DNA of 63,406 nucleotides, the filler included, from Licmophora abbreviata (Eukaryota): the NCBI GenBank assembly GCA_900291995.1. It is 9 parts of 9 records of this genome, joined end to end, with 100 filler letters (N's around TTAATTAATTAA, not from the genome) between each part and the next. Parts side by side here need not be neighbours in the genome. Positions count along the whole stretch, not along the records: positions 45,096 to 52,880 come from OLMU01004255.1; positions 52,981 to 55,328 come from OLMU01004256.1; positions 55,429 to 57,534 come from OLMU01004258.1; positions 57,635 to 61,920 come from OLMU01004259.1; positions 62,021 to 63,406 come from OLMU01004268.1; 4 more parts are not named here. One strand, given 5' to 3'. Positions within the stretch are counted from its first letter, which is position 1. Every line of letters begins with the position of its first letter. Both the position numbers and the translations under genes were made by a program. The notes beneath the pieces were generated by a model that saw only the letters and a program-made list of their open reading frames with translations, ran no database searches and was not told the DNA's origin. This document shows, piece by piece, positions 52,612 to 63,406 of this stretch.

Positions 52612-53750
52612 CCGGAGTGATGAGGCCCGTAAATCTAGACATGACGGCGGGGCGAAGCGTACAGTTAACGTTAATGGGTCATGTCATAGCTACTCGTGCA
52701 AGTATTAATGTGGGATCTTTCTACGTAGATAGTTGACGTTGAGCCTGCGTGACATCTCTTAGGGCTCTAGGGTGGTAAAACTTACCAGGCACCTTGAGAC
52801 GGACAATGCATGATGTTAGACCTAGGTAGCCTACGAGTATCATATAGTCGGCCTTTTCTCATCATCGTGGGGTCAAGGGGNNNNNNNNNNNNNNNNNNNN
52901 NNNNNNNNNNNNNNNNNNNNNNNNTTAATTAATTAANNNNNNNNNNNNNNNNNNNNNNNNNNNNNNNNNNNNNNNNNNNNTACCTTCATGACTATAAATA
53001 AGTTAATAGCAGACAACTGATTGGCTATGTATAATCAGCATTGAGGACCTTCATTTGGGGTTCACGTGAAAAAAAAGAAGTCATCGATTCCGTTCAATCT
53101 CCGTTGAGAGGCTTGTGTAGTCGCTGGGTGAGACTCTGCCGTGGGGTTCACTTGAGAGGACCAAGACTGCCCACCGAGCCATCGAAGATCCGCCTGCTGG
53201 AAGAAAAAGGATCGCTTTAATTGGTGAGTGCGCGACACAGTAAGAAAGTCGAAAGATGAGAACCACGAAACACCCGAATAAGCAGGTTTGTGACGGTGGT
53301 GCATCGAGAAGCGGGAATTCGGAAGTGAGATTCCTATCACTTGGTAATGATACCTGTACATTTCCACACACCGATGGAATCTATTATGTTCCGACTTTCT
53401 TGCAGCATCATCCATCACGCAGTTGTTTGGAGCATTCGTCACAACTTACGATCACATGGGGTAAATGCGCCATTGCTCTTCTTTCCTTCAGAGCTACACC
53501 CTCGTTCTATGGGCATGAGCTGCCGTTGGCTTGATTCTATTTTTGTAATTTGAGTTATGATGATGCTGAGAGTGTTGGAAAGACGAGTATCTTCATGATT
53601 TGATGACCCGTTCTTCAACCTTATTTCTCACACACTTCACTTCTTCTTGACTTTCCGACCTTCCAGTCTGCTTTCCTCCATATTGAAAGCAAAGTCGTTT
53701 CGAGCTGATCCACACGGTCTTGTTTCGAGCTGATATATCTCTTTGGAGAA

Positions 53751-54683
53751 ATGTCACATTTAGAACCAGAACCCCAGCACTTCCTGTCTCAAGGTGAGAT
53801 GCCGTCGGGCACGCCACAACCGCCCGAGTTGTCATCTTCACCTCAAGGTTCAAGTAATCTAGGTCTTCCGGAAACCGCTCCTGTGGGAGGCCCTCCTCCA
53901 AGCGGGACACCTCCAGGCGGCCCTCCAGGATCATCCTATCCACCAGGCTACGCGCCGTTCGGCGTGCCGCCAGGATACTACCCGCCATACGGGCAAATGT
54001 ATCCTCCAGGATATCCTCCTTATGGTTATCCGCCTGGCTATGGACCCTACCCAATGCAACAGGCCATGAGTCGCGGCAGGGGCAAAGGGGAAAGTATGAA
54101 GATTGGCAAGGTAGACGACAGAAACAACAAGGCGGCGGCAGCACATGCCATGCGCATGACAGCACCTGCGCTGGCCATTCAGATGGATCGTATGCGGGCA
54201 GCAGACGATCTCCATCCTGAGCGGGTCAAACCGATTCGATCAGACTTTCATATCTTTGTCGAGGAAATCGAAGCGAAACTTCGAGTCGAATCAGAAGATG
54301 AGGTTCGTCGGTCGACACAACTGGACGACCTGGACCTGTTCTTCGTCAATTCAAACTTGAATAGTAGGCTCATGAGGGCATGGGAAGACTTGACAGTGCC
54401 CGTGCGATCATCGTATCTGATGAAGGAAGAAGAAGATCGCGTACGCTTCATGGCAGACGACGAGGTCGCCAGTCGCCACTGCGCTACGTTAACGGCTCGA
54501 GCTAGGAGTCCTCGTCCAGGACCGAAAGGCAGCAAGTTTTCAAAAGGTCATACCAGTAGCAAGCCGTCTTCAGGGGCTCATGTTAATAAAGGGGACGACA
54601 AGCTGGGCGACGCCAGGAAACGAACGCCGCAAGAGTCACCAGACGGGGAGCGGCCCACAAAGAGCCCTAAGGACGACACATGA
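53751..54683 (+). CDS. Pro/Gly/Tyr-rich protein with a divergent HMG-box-like segment
   Basis: PIRSDFHIF..L...WEDLT...RSSY..EEEDRVRF resembles the HMG-box pattern. Confidence 0.6.
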   Translation: MSHLEPEPQHFLSQGEMPSGTPQPPELSSSPQGSSNLGLPETAPVGGPPPSGTPPGGPPGSSYPPGYAPFGVPPGYYPPYGQMYPPGYPPYGYPPGYGPYPMQQAMSRGRGKGESMKIGKVDDRNNKAAAAHAMRMTAPALAIQMDRMRAADDLHPERVKPIRSDFHIFVEEIEAKLRVESEDEVRRSTQLDDLDLFFVNSNLNSRLMRAWEDLTVPVRSSYLMKEEEDRVRFMADDEVASRHCATLTARARSPRPGPKGSKFSKGHTSSKPSSGAHVNKGDDKLGDARKRTPQESPDGERPTKSPKDDT

Positions 54684-55428
54684 GCGGCGACTCCCGGGGA
54701 AGGAAGTCGGGGGAAAACCTTGGGGGTATGCAGTTCACGACTTGCACAGTGTTTTAGGGAGAGTAGAGCGGCAGAGGACGAGCATGTACTGGCGTCTAGA
54801 GTGGAAGAATCGGGAGTCCAGAAGAGCTCCTCATCGCCGTGACGCCACGATTCTGGCACATTCTACTTTCTTTTAATATCTACTTTAAGCATGATGTCGA
54901 GGAAGATCAAATCTAAGTGTACTCACTCGCTCCTTTTTTCGATGCGGGCTTTGGCAATAACATAGTAAAGGGCGGCCGTGTTGGTGTAAACTATCGGATT
55001 CAGTCCATTTGAGAGTGACCCGCCGCAAACTCAATTCTCGTCCCTAGACTTTGCGGTTAAATGGCGTTAAAGTTTGTACTCTCCAGCATGGAGTGTTTCC
55101 TGGCGTTGAGAAGAAAAAATGAGATGGACATCGACAGAGGCATTCACTTGACTCGTTGCGTAATGCTTCTCTGTCGTGTCTCCACATTCCATGCGTCGTC
55201 GCAATCCTTTGTCCGGAAAAATGATGAATACAGATCCTGAGTACACCGAAGTCGTCCAAGATCCCGAGAGTCAACTGGGCATCGATGAGTTCCCTTCGTC
55301 TTTTCCCGGCGGCGCCAAGAAGAGAAGCNNNNNNNNNNNNNNNNNNNNNNNNNNNNNNNNNNNNNNNNNNNNTTAATTAATTAANNNNNNNNNNNNNNNN
55401 NNNNNNNNNNNNNNNNNNNNNNNNNNNN

Positions 55429-56234
55429 CTTCCTTTACAGAGACAAAGGCCCATGCCATCACGCGCAGTGTGAAAGAGCCATCTGTTGCGGTTGAGGTCG
55501 CACACTCCGGACAGTCCTATCATCCGGATCCGCAAAAGCATCAAGACGTCATTGGAGAAGCATTGGCATTGGAGTTGCGACGAAAGGAAGCAGAAATTTA
55601 CAAGCGTGAACCTATCACTCGGGGTCTGACAGCAGAAACGCGAGCAATTTTGGTGGGTGACGACGAAGAATCGTCCTCGAGCGATGAATCTGACAACGAC
55701 GAGTCCCTCGAGGTTGTCGTTCGAAAGAAGAAGCCGAAGCTAACTAGAGCACAGCGCAACAAGCAAAAACGAGTTCGTGCTGAAGAAAAAGCGATAAAGG
55801 AGCGGAAACAAGCAAAGAAGGCAGTGCATGCCGTTCATGAGGTGAAACGAATGAGAAAGGAACTCAAACAGAAAGAACTCGAGCGCAAAGAACGCAAGGA
55901 GTGGATTGCTCGAGCCAAAGAACAGGACCAACGTACTCTCGGAAAACAAGTGTTTCAGCAGCGCTCTAAAGTGGACCCCGTCGGCGCGCCGACTCTCCCT
56001 GTTGCGCTTACAGACGAACTCCAAAACTCGAGCCTCCGAACTATAAAACCGAAGGGCAGTCTCATTACGGAGCGCATGGCATCTTTTGTGGACCGAAAGA
56101 TGGCCAACTCAAAGACAACAGATCAGAAGCGGGTCGTGCAGGGTAAAAAACGACGTCGCATCAAGGTCAAGGCCAAGGGCCATGATATTCAGGTGAAGGA
56201 CGAATCTGGGCGCGACTACATTCTTATGGGATAG
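55429..56234 (+). CDS. NOP53: Ribosome biogenesis protein NOP53 (GLTSCR2), 5' partial
   Basis: VEVAHSGQSYHPD..HQ, KLTRAQRNK, EL..SLRTIKPKGSLI.ER. Confidence 0.85.
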
Positions 56235-56268
56235 TTGTTCGACTAGATAGACTCTGTATGATTTCGTG

Positions 56269-57148
56269 CTATTGCATGCCATTTTGACCAGCGTTATTGT
56301 ACAAATTCGATGCCTGTTTGAGATCCCGTTTAGCAAACTCGACTTGTAGATCTTTTGCCCCATAGTCGTGCCACCAGAGTGTGTCGGAAGTGAACTTGCT
56401 CCATTCCGGTGGTCTTGCGTCATCGTCGGCGACATCATCTACCACTAGCAAGATGGATGCGCATGCCAGCGGCAAAACAGCGTGCTGTAGCGCAGGGCTA
56501 TAGAAAAGCGCATGGTCAAGATACTGCCAAGAGCTTTGATCAAGTTTTGATGGCTTCAGATGGGGGAGCTGATGCGTCGTCGGTGCTCTCCGGGATTAGC
56601 AGAATGGCGACGGCTCGGTGTGGATGCGGCACGGAACAGTCAAATTGCAGAACTCTCAAGACATCTTGCTCAGTAGCAACCAGCTTTTCTTTGTTATTCC
56701 AGTATGTATCGTTGAGTGCAGGTGGGTCCGACCGAATCCAAAGCTCCCGCGGTCTAGTAGCTTCATCGGCAGCGGCGTCACTTCGTTTTGTCTCGTTGTC
56801 GATCAGGTCCACCTCGGGACCCCCCAAAATCATGCTCTCAATATTGACGATATCTCGTAGTCGGCGCAGGTCATCCTCCACCTTGCATCCTAACAAAATA
56901 CACGCAGCTGCCACCATGGGACTAATTTCTGTACTTGTCGTTGTCGTCAGTGAAGCCGATGCCTGAGCATAACGGTGCAGCAAGACCATGGCAGTGAAAC
57001 GAACTTCAGGTTTCAGATCCAAAACATGACAAGCCACGCGCATTCGACACAGAGACTGAAAGAAGGACTGTTCAGGCGGGGGCTTTTCGGGGGCTAGGGG
57101 TGGACGAAACTCCACGTCGTCCATGGGAAACGCCGTCGACGTCGTCAT
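56269..57148 (-). CDS. Cyclin (L/T/K-like) with an apparent frame break near 56540
   Basis: TAMVLLHRY, AAACILLGCKVED..RRLRDIVN, EQDVLRVLQFD..PHPH; continues in another frame as SWQYLDHAL..LACASILL. Confidence 0.7.
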
Positions 57149-57314
57149 GGTCAACTTTGCAAGTGTGTGTGACTTTCTCTGGGTGCATCGCGCGGTGCTG
57201 CGCGTTGAATGCTTCTTTTTCGGCGCGCGCTTTTTTAGCTCATTTTGGAGTTCGCTGCTTTGACGATGACCGCGACGCGACGAGAGATGACGCGCTCACA
57301 AATTCATCCTGACC

Positions 57315-58708
57315 ATGAGCATCTGCAGCCGGTCAGCGGGTCGGAAGCTGCACTTATCGACTCTATTGTGTAGCCTGTCTGTTTGGGCTATAGTCGGATC
57401 TCGCGATTGCGCGTTTGCTTGGTCGCCATCCTTGCGATTACCCACTCATCCCACATCAGTTTCACGCCAACTCTCATTGCTGACGCCCTTTGCACAGAGC
57501 AGTCGTCGCAGCAGCAGCAGCATGGGCGCTCTGTNNNNNNNNNNNNNNNNNNNNNNNNNNNNNNNNNNNNNNNNNNNNTTAATTAATTAANNNNNNNNNN
57601 NNNNNNNNNNNNNNNNNNNNNNNNNNNNNNNNNNACAGCAGAGGCGCCGGTGAAGACGCGGTATGTAATTCCAACGCTCAGGAGCGATTCAATGGTCGCA
57701 GCGTCCTCTTAACTGGTGCATCGGGAGGACTGGGGCGATGTCTTGCCGAGCAACTCGCCCATTGTGGCGTCAGGACGCTGGTACTCAGTGGCCGGAGCAC
57801 GGCTCCGTTGGACGAGGTGGCACAAGACTGCAAAGCGATTTCGCCCACGCTCCAGACTGTGGTTATTACCTGTGATTTGAATGATAAGCAGTCTGTAGCC
57901 AAGCTAGGTAGAGACGCTAGAGAACTGGGCGTAGACGTACTCATCAACAATGGTGGGCTGTCATCTCGCTCTCGCTTTCTTGATACCAGATTGGAAGTCG
58001 ACGCGCTACTGATGCAAGTCAATTTCCTATCTGGAGCATCGTTAGCGAAACTGGTAGTGCCAGGAATGATTGAGGGTGGATCTGGAGCCATTCTATGGAT
58101 AAGCAGTGTTCAAGGCTTGGGTGCGTTCGTTTTTGCTAACAATGTCGTCGTCTTTCGTTTTCTCATTGGTACAATCCCTTCATTTTTTCGCACACGTATC
58201 TACAGTTGGCATTCCAAATCGAACAAGCTATGCGGCGTCAAAGTTTGCCGTCCAAGGCTACTGTGAAGCGCTTCGTGGCGAGCTGGCTTCCAGCGGCGTG
58301 ACGGTCCACGTCGCATCACCGGGCTACATCCGAACGAACCTGAGTAGATCGGCCATCACTGGAGATGGAACTCCTCATGGCAAGATGGACGAAACAACTG
58401 CAAAAGGTATGTAATTGGAATGATGATGAGTAGGCCAATCCCTTTTGTGCGGGCACTCATTCATCGATTGCAACACTGCGTAAACAACAGGGGCAGACGC
58501 AAATGAAGTCGCCGTTACAATATTGGAGTCTGTGGCAAAGGGCAAGGCCGATTTTGTGGTTGCCGCCCCAGCCAGCGGCGCGGTTGCCATCTGGCTCCGA
58601 TTGCTTTGGCCTTCCTTGTTGAATAGAATGCTGGTGAAGCGTTTCGAAAAGTCGCAAAAGACTATCGATGGGGAGAACACTTCATTGGAACAGGCTAAGC
58701 GCGACTGA
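57315..58708 (+). CDS. Short-chain dehydrogenase/reductase (DHRS7B-like); spans the gap, introns ~58121-58205 and 58408-58490
   Basis: LTGASGGLG, VDVLINNGG, ISSVQG, YAASK, SPGYIRT; signal-like N-terminus before the gap (linkage assumed). Confidence 0.85.
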
Positions 58709-59019
58709 AGCCTTCCTGTTAAGTTAAGCTAGTAAACTTGACTACAACCCCTGTCAATCCAAGCTATCAAACCTTAGCACATGTAATCCCCACCTTCTCA
58801 TAACAGCACGAAATGGGCCAAGCTTTTCGAGTGAGTCGAGTCGAGTACCGCGCGCGGTGGTTCACATCACGCACTAGAAGCGTTGCATGCGCGTCACACA
58901 CACCCACACTTCGCGTTTCATCACATCGCAGTCGCATGACTGAAGCGAGTCGTTCATTGTGTCTCTTGCAAGTAATGTCGACTTCAGCCACTAATTCATT
59001 CTTGATTCCCAGTCAGGCC

Positions 59020-61605
59020 ATGTCGTCGAGCATCGATAATAACAACAATGGGGGTGCCCGAGAGCATCAGCAGTCCTCGTCAGCAGACCCCACCGCCGGT
59101 CGACCCGCACGGCGACGGAAGCGCGGCCCTCGGGGAGGTAGCACACGGAAAGAACCGACTGGTACGGATGAACAAGATCGGGAGACGCAAATGCCAATGA
59201 AAACGAAAGAAAGCACACCCAAGAGGGATCGCGCTCGAACAAAGAAGTCTTCCGCATCGAACAAGGGCGAACAGATTCTGAAGCAGGATGACGAGATAAC
59301 AACAAAACTGCAATTCCCGGGAACGAGTAGACTAGAAGACACGGCAGGAAAGAGCAAAAAGAAAAGGTCCCGAAAGAGAAACATCAAAAGCCTTAAGTAT
59401 CCCTGGCGTCGACATGTGCCACCTGGCGCAATGGATCCGATTACTCTCGACCCTCTTGTTTCTTTGAACTACCCACCTTTTGCCGTTGCAGCGACAGAAC
59501 CATACGCTCCCGTTCCTGAGTGGCCTGTACCCGAGCCGGATAGACAAGATGGAAAACATGCTTCTACTACATCAGGAAACACGTTGACAGAAGAACAGAG
59601 ACAGAAGCTGATATTAAAAGAACAGTGGGGGCTGGCTCATCCCAATGCCAAGCTAGAAGAGGAGGAGGAGGCCTCAGAAGCGGAAGTAGACTCCGCGAAG
59701 CAGCCCGCAAAGCGTCACTACAACCTGTTCGATGGTCGTGCATTAGCTTACTATCTGGTGTCTCAGCTGCAGTTCATCGATCCTTTCAATCGACGTGACC
59801 TTACGCGGGCCGAATTGGTGAATCTGGATGCCTACTTGAACAGGCATGGCTTTGCAAATCTCAAGGTTGTTGAAGCATACGACGCCAAGGGAGTTACGAT
59901 AAGCCGCAGCGGGGCGGTCGGAGCTACGGCAGCGGGTCGCGCAAGTATATTGCAACAAGAAGCCCAGGTTTTATTGAACGCACTGTTTGGCGCTGGCCAT
60001 CAAAGGCCAGCCTCTTCGCAGAATGAGCTACAGCAACAATACGAGGCAACTCAGACCGGACAACAGTCGACACGGAGACGGAGCCAACATAGAACTGAAA
60101 TTGACTCTGGAGTTTACGGTGATGACGAAGGCGGGATGCTTGTGATCGATGATGATGCGAATCCTGGTCTGCGTGGATCCGATTTTCACCTTGCTGCCGC
60201 TTCGCTTGGGAATGGCAATGTGAACGCTCCGTCATCGGTGGCTCCCAACACATTCTGGTCAGCCAGTCACATAACCAGCCAGTACAGTTACGACGCTGCT
60301 GTACAAGCACGGAACTTCCCTGCATTGCCAACCTCAGCCACCGTTCCCTCTGAAAGTGGGACATCCACTCCTAGTGATACAGCGCCGTCTGGGGCCTCGA
60401 AAGCTCCCTCAAGAAGCCTCGCGAAGATTACCAAGGTCGTCTCCAGAACAGATCCGGAGGAAGCCAAGCGACAGAAGCAGGCTCGTGACGAAATGCAGCG
60501 TCGCGCCATGCTGACAAACCTGTGGCTCACAGAATCAGGAGGGATACCCTCCACTGCATCGCCCCTGTCAGGCCAGGTTGTGGCGGAAGGCCATGCGTTG
60601 TCTCCTGCCAACGGTCCATCCGAAGCGCAGCTTCGCCGCAATGAAGCCTTGGCCACTGCGCTCGGTGTGGCCCCTGCAACCGTACGTCAGTCTTTTAACA
60701 AGGGGTGGTCACGTCCTACCGATGGAACCATCCAGATCGATGAGTTTGGCAACGAGCTAAACGCCGCCAAGTACCCCGACTCGCTCATCATTCAAGCACG
60801 CGATCGCACCGAGCAGCTGCTCAAACTGGAAAAGAAGTGGAAGGCCTTCTTGCTCGATGACCAATCCGCGTCGTTGCCACTACGCCCAATGGATCGTCCG
60901 TTGCGAGCGTTCGTGCACGAGTATTCTGACTACTGGAGACTTCACACAGAGAGTTTTGATCGAGAACCGAAACGCTATATCCACTGTGTCAAACTCAAAG
61001 ACACAAGTGCTCCGGTTCCACTCTTGTCCGACGTGGCACGACACTGGCGCGGGCCGAGTCTAGCGACGCTTCCGCGCGAGCCTCGCGAAACCGAGGTCGT
61101 CTCGAGTCTGCAAACGGCTGGTGAAACGAGCCAGTCCCGCGAGTTTCCACCTCCTCCAGATCGCGAGCCTCTCAGACTAAAGCCACGCTCCATCGTGCCC
61201 GTCGAACCACCGGCTGGAGCAATGTTTGAAATGCCAGATGAAGCTGTCGCGCCAGGCGCTGACGAATCATCGAAGGATGAGAAACAGCTAAGCAATCGAT
61301 TCGATAATCTATTCAGCGGACGCGAGCGCCCGAAGATTACTGTAGCGCCACGCACGAAACCCCGTGAGTTGCCTCCCTTCGAGCCTCCCAAGATGTACAA
61401 CGTTGCCGAAGAGCGAGGACGCCAACAAGCGGAGGCGGCCGAACGAGCACGGAAAGAGCGCCAGAATGCCGAAAAGAGGCGCAACATACTAATGCAAGCA
61501 TTTGCTAGTAGCGATGAAGAGGAACTGGGGTCCGCTGGTGGCAGTAGTAGTGAATGGGAAGATATGGAAGCGCAGTATTCCGGAAGTGACTCGGAGAAAG
61601 GTTGA
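59020..61605 (+). CDS. Protein with a split U-box-like segment and an R3H domain (ORF open from 58813)
   Basis: DPITLDPL...FDGRALAYYL..FIDPFNRRDL; PMDRPLRAFVHEYSDYWRLHTESFDREPKR. Confidence 0.7.
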   Translation: MSSSIDNNNNGGAREHQQSSSADPTAGRPARRRKRGPRGGSTRKEPTGTDEQDRETQMPMKTKESTPKRDRARTKKSSASNKGEQILKQDDEITTKLQFPGTSRLEDTAGKSKKKRSRKRNIKSLKYPWRRHVPPGAMDPITLDPLVSLNYPPFAVAATEPYAPVPEWPVPEPDRQDGKHASTTSGNTLTEEQRQKLILKEQWGLAHPNAKLEEEEEASEAEVDSAKQPAKRHYNLFDGRALAYYLVSQLQFIDPFNRRDLTRAELVNLDAYLNRHGFANLKVVEAYDAKGVTISRSGAVGATAAGRASILQQEAQVLLNALFGAGHQRPASSQNELQQQYEATQTGQQSTRRRSQHRTEIDSGVYGDDEGGMLVIDDDANPGLRGSDFHLAAASLGNGNVNAPSSVAPNTFWSASHITSQYSYDAAVQARNFPALPTSATVPSESGTSTPSDTAPSGASKAPSRSLAKITKVVSRTDPEEAKRQKQARDEMQRRAMLTNLWLTESGGIPSTASPLSGQVVAEGHALSPANGPSEAQLRRNEALATALGVAPATVRQSFNKGWSRPTDGTIQIDEFGNELNAAKYPDSLIIQARDRTEQLLKLEKKWKAFLLDDQSASLPLRPMDRPLRAFVHEYSDYWRLHTESFDREPKRYIHCVKLKDTSAPVPLLSDVARHWRGPSLATLPREPRETEVVSSLQTAGETSQSREFPPPPDREPLRLKPRSIVPVEPPAGAMFEMPDEAVAPGADESSKDEKQLSNRFDNLFSGRERPKITVAPRTKPRELPPFEPPKMYNVAEERGRQQAEAAERARKERQNAEKRRNILMQAFASSDEEELGSAGGSSSEWEDMEAQYSGSDSEKG

Positions 61606-62020
61606 GGACTCAACATGAAAGCGACGTCCGTACAGCTCAGCCTGCTTCTTGGCAACCAATGGTTTGCCGTGGGCTAATCTATTCTCCATATGAAAAAGGA
61701 GTAAGCTACAAGAGCCATTGAGATTAGGAATACATTATAGTCATTTAGCTAGAGTCGGCTTTGTTATCGTCGTCACGTCCATCAGTCCAGTAAAGGGCTG
61801 CGGTGTCAAAGATGATAACGCGCTGTGCGCGCGCCCGCATTTTCGCATCATCGTCATCTCATCCACATCAAAAGCCACAGATCACATGTCGCCGCTGCGG
61901 CAATGCAGAAGAGATAGATTNNNNNNNNNNNNNNNNNNNNNNNNNNNNNNNNNNNNNNNNNNNNTTAATTAATTAANNNNNNNNNNNNNNNNNNNNNNNN
62001 NNNNNNNNNNNNNNNNNNNN

Positions 62021-63342
62021 ATCAAGAACTCACCTGTCAGGATCATCTCTCAATACAACAGGGAGGAGCCATCTTTTTGGGTTCGAACGCGGAGACCTCA
62101 CTAATAGAGAATTTCTTCGCAGGAAATCGAGCTACGTTTTTCGGTCCAGCTGTGTTTGACGGGTCTAACAGCCAAGCAACAAGGGAAGGAAACATTGGAT
62201 GCAACAACGGTATCGGAGAGGACGTCAATGACGAGTGTGCGATCGCGCGTAGCGACAAGGGCGTCGTTTCCTGCATTGAGCTCGACCAGGAATGTGTGGC
62301 CCCAACTGCTACCCCGACAGAAACACCAAGCTCTATGCCAACCAACATGCCATCATTGGCGCCTTCCGATTTCCCTTCGATGCTCCCCAGTAGAGGTCCA
62401 AGTATGTCGCCATCGCTCACACCATCGATGCAGCCATCCCATCGGCCGTCGACGGCACCCACCATGGTCCCTTCGTTCTCTATGCAACCATCAAGTCAAC
62501 CTTCTCATTCACCCTCATTGAGTGGCGCTCCAACGGGCACCCCCTCAACCATGCCTTCGTCACCACTATCGGCGACACCGACGGCGGTCCCATCGTCACA
62601 CTCGTCTTTGAGACCGAGCGTTGATCCGACACTTGCCATCTCCCAACAGCCATCGATGTCCTCTGTTCCTTCCATGAGACCTTCGATCTCTCCGACGAGC
62701 TCGACAAGTCCGACGCAAGAGCCGACGGATGCTCCAACATATGTTCCCACCATCAGTCCGTCATCGTTGCCAACCAATCGGCCGTCAAGCGATCCATCGC
62801 AATATCCATCAGCCAGTGCCTCCCCTACGGATACGCCTAGCGTCACTCCGAGCGTCAGTTCGTGGCCATCTGTGGAAGGGAGTACACCTCCCAGCACAAG
62901 TTCATCACCGACCCAAAGGCCATCGCGTGAGCCAACGATAAGTAGATCGCCCAGTATGTTACCAAGCCCAGTCCCGAGTGACAGTTTGAGCCCAACAGCG
63001 AGTCCATCGGTTGAAAGAGGTATCAGCGCTTCACCTAGTACGGTCCCAAGCATTGGTCCTAGCCTGTCAGCCAGTGCAATCCCATCGGCGCAACCATCTG
63101 ATACATCAAATTTTGCACCGGCAACTTCGCCAAGTGTCAATCCAAGTGTCCTACCCTCTCACAAACCATCCAATGTTCCTTCCTTTGGTGCAACCACGGC
63201 GTTCCCTACCCCACAGCCTCAAGCGTCGCTTTTTCAGTGGCGATGGGGACATCCCATTTTCAATCCATACGCAGGGATCACGAGCGAGACTTCCGACAAC
63301 GGAGGCGACCGAAAGCGGAGACTGAGGGAAAGAGCAATGTAG
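62021..63342 (+). CDS. Surface/extracellular protein: end of a GGAI/FxxN repeat region followed by a long PSxxPSxxP tract; 5' partial
   Basis: GGAIFL..FAGNRA..GPAVF, short Cys-rich linker, about 300 aa of Pro/Ser/Thr repeats. Confidence 0.75.
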
Positions 63343-63406
63343 GGCTTAGATTGGGTGTCGTGCAGATCAGTTTATCTACTGTTTCGTACATATCAACATA
63401 GAATAT

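Noticed and set aside
52778..52880. AAACTTACCAGGC resembling the U1 snRNA 5' end
   Set aside because: No U1-70K loop, ATTGCAC loop or Sm site follows
53062..53400. Possible RNase P/MRP or SRP RNA ending in a T-run
   Set aside because: Could not form P4 or find CR-V or SRP helix-8 consensus by eye
55191..55328. Short ORF start before the gap, possibly the NOP53 N-terminus
   Set aside because: No NOP53-like features and too short to assign; may belong to another gene lost in the gap
62505..63140. Gly/Val-rich antisense ORFs over the PS-repeat gene
   Set aside because: Reverse-complement shadow of Pro/Ser/Thr codons

Overview
Gene-dense eukaryotic nuclear DNA, most likely from a diatom. The evidence is short GT-AG introns, bipartite signal plus plastid-transit peptides, tandem HSF genes, a helicase-associated (HA) domain protein and a PS-repeat surface protein. 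I built about 35 protein-coding models by hand, including RPL21, RPS25, PSMA5, U1A/U2B'', UTP18, NOP53, DERA, SSADH, ProDH, an FMO, a ZIP transporter, TBCD, beta-tubulin and two HSFs, plus one tRNA-Ala(AGC). Eight identical 100-nt N/TTAATTAATTAA spacers are artificial contig joins. I saw no mobile element, CRISPR array or rRNA. The best leads are: a recurring promoter element CTCGACTCAC/(ACTCG)n; an 11-mer pyrimidine motif shared by both ribosomal protein genes; TBCD directly upstream of beta-tubulin, with a TPR-prefoldin fusion nearby; and several unusual domain fusions. Domain calls come from motif recognition only; no database search was run.
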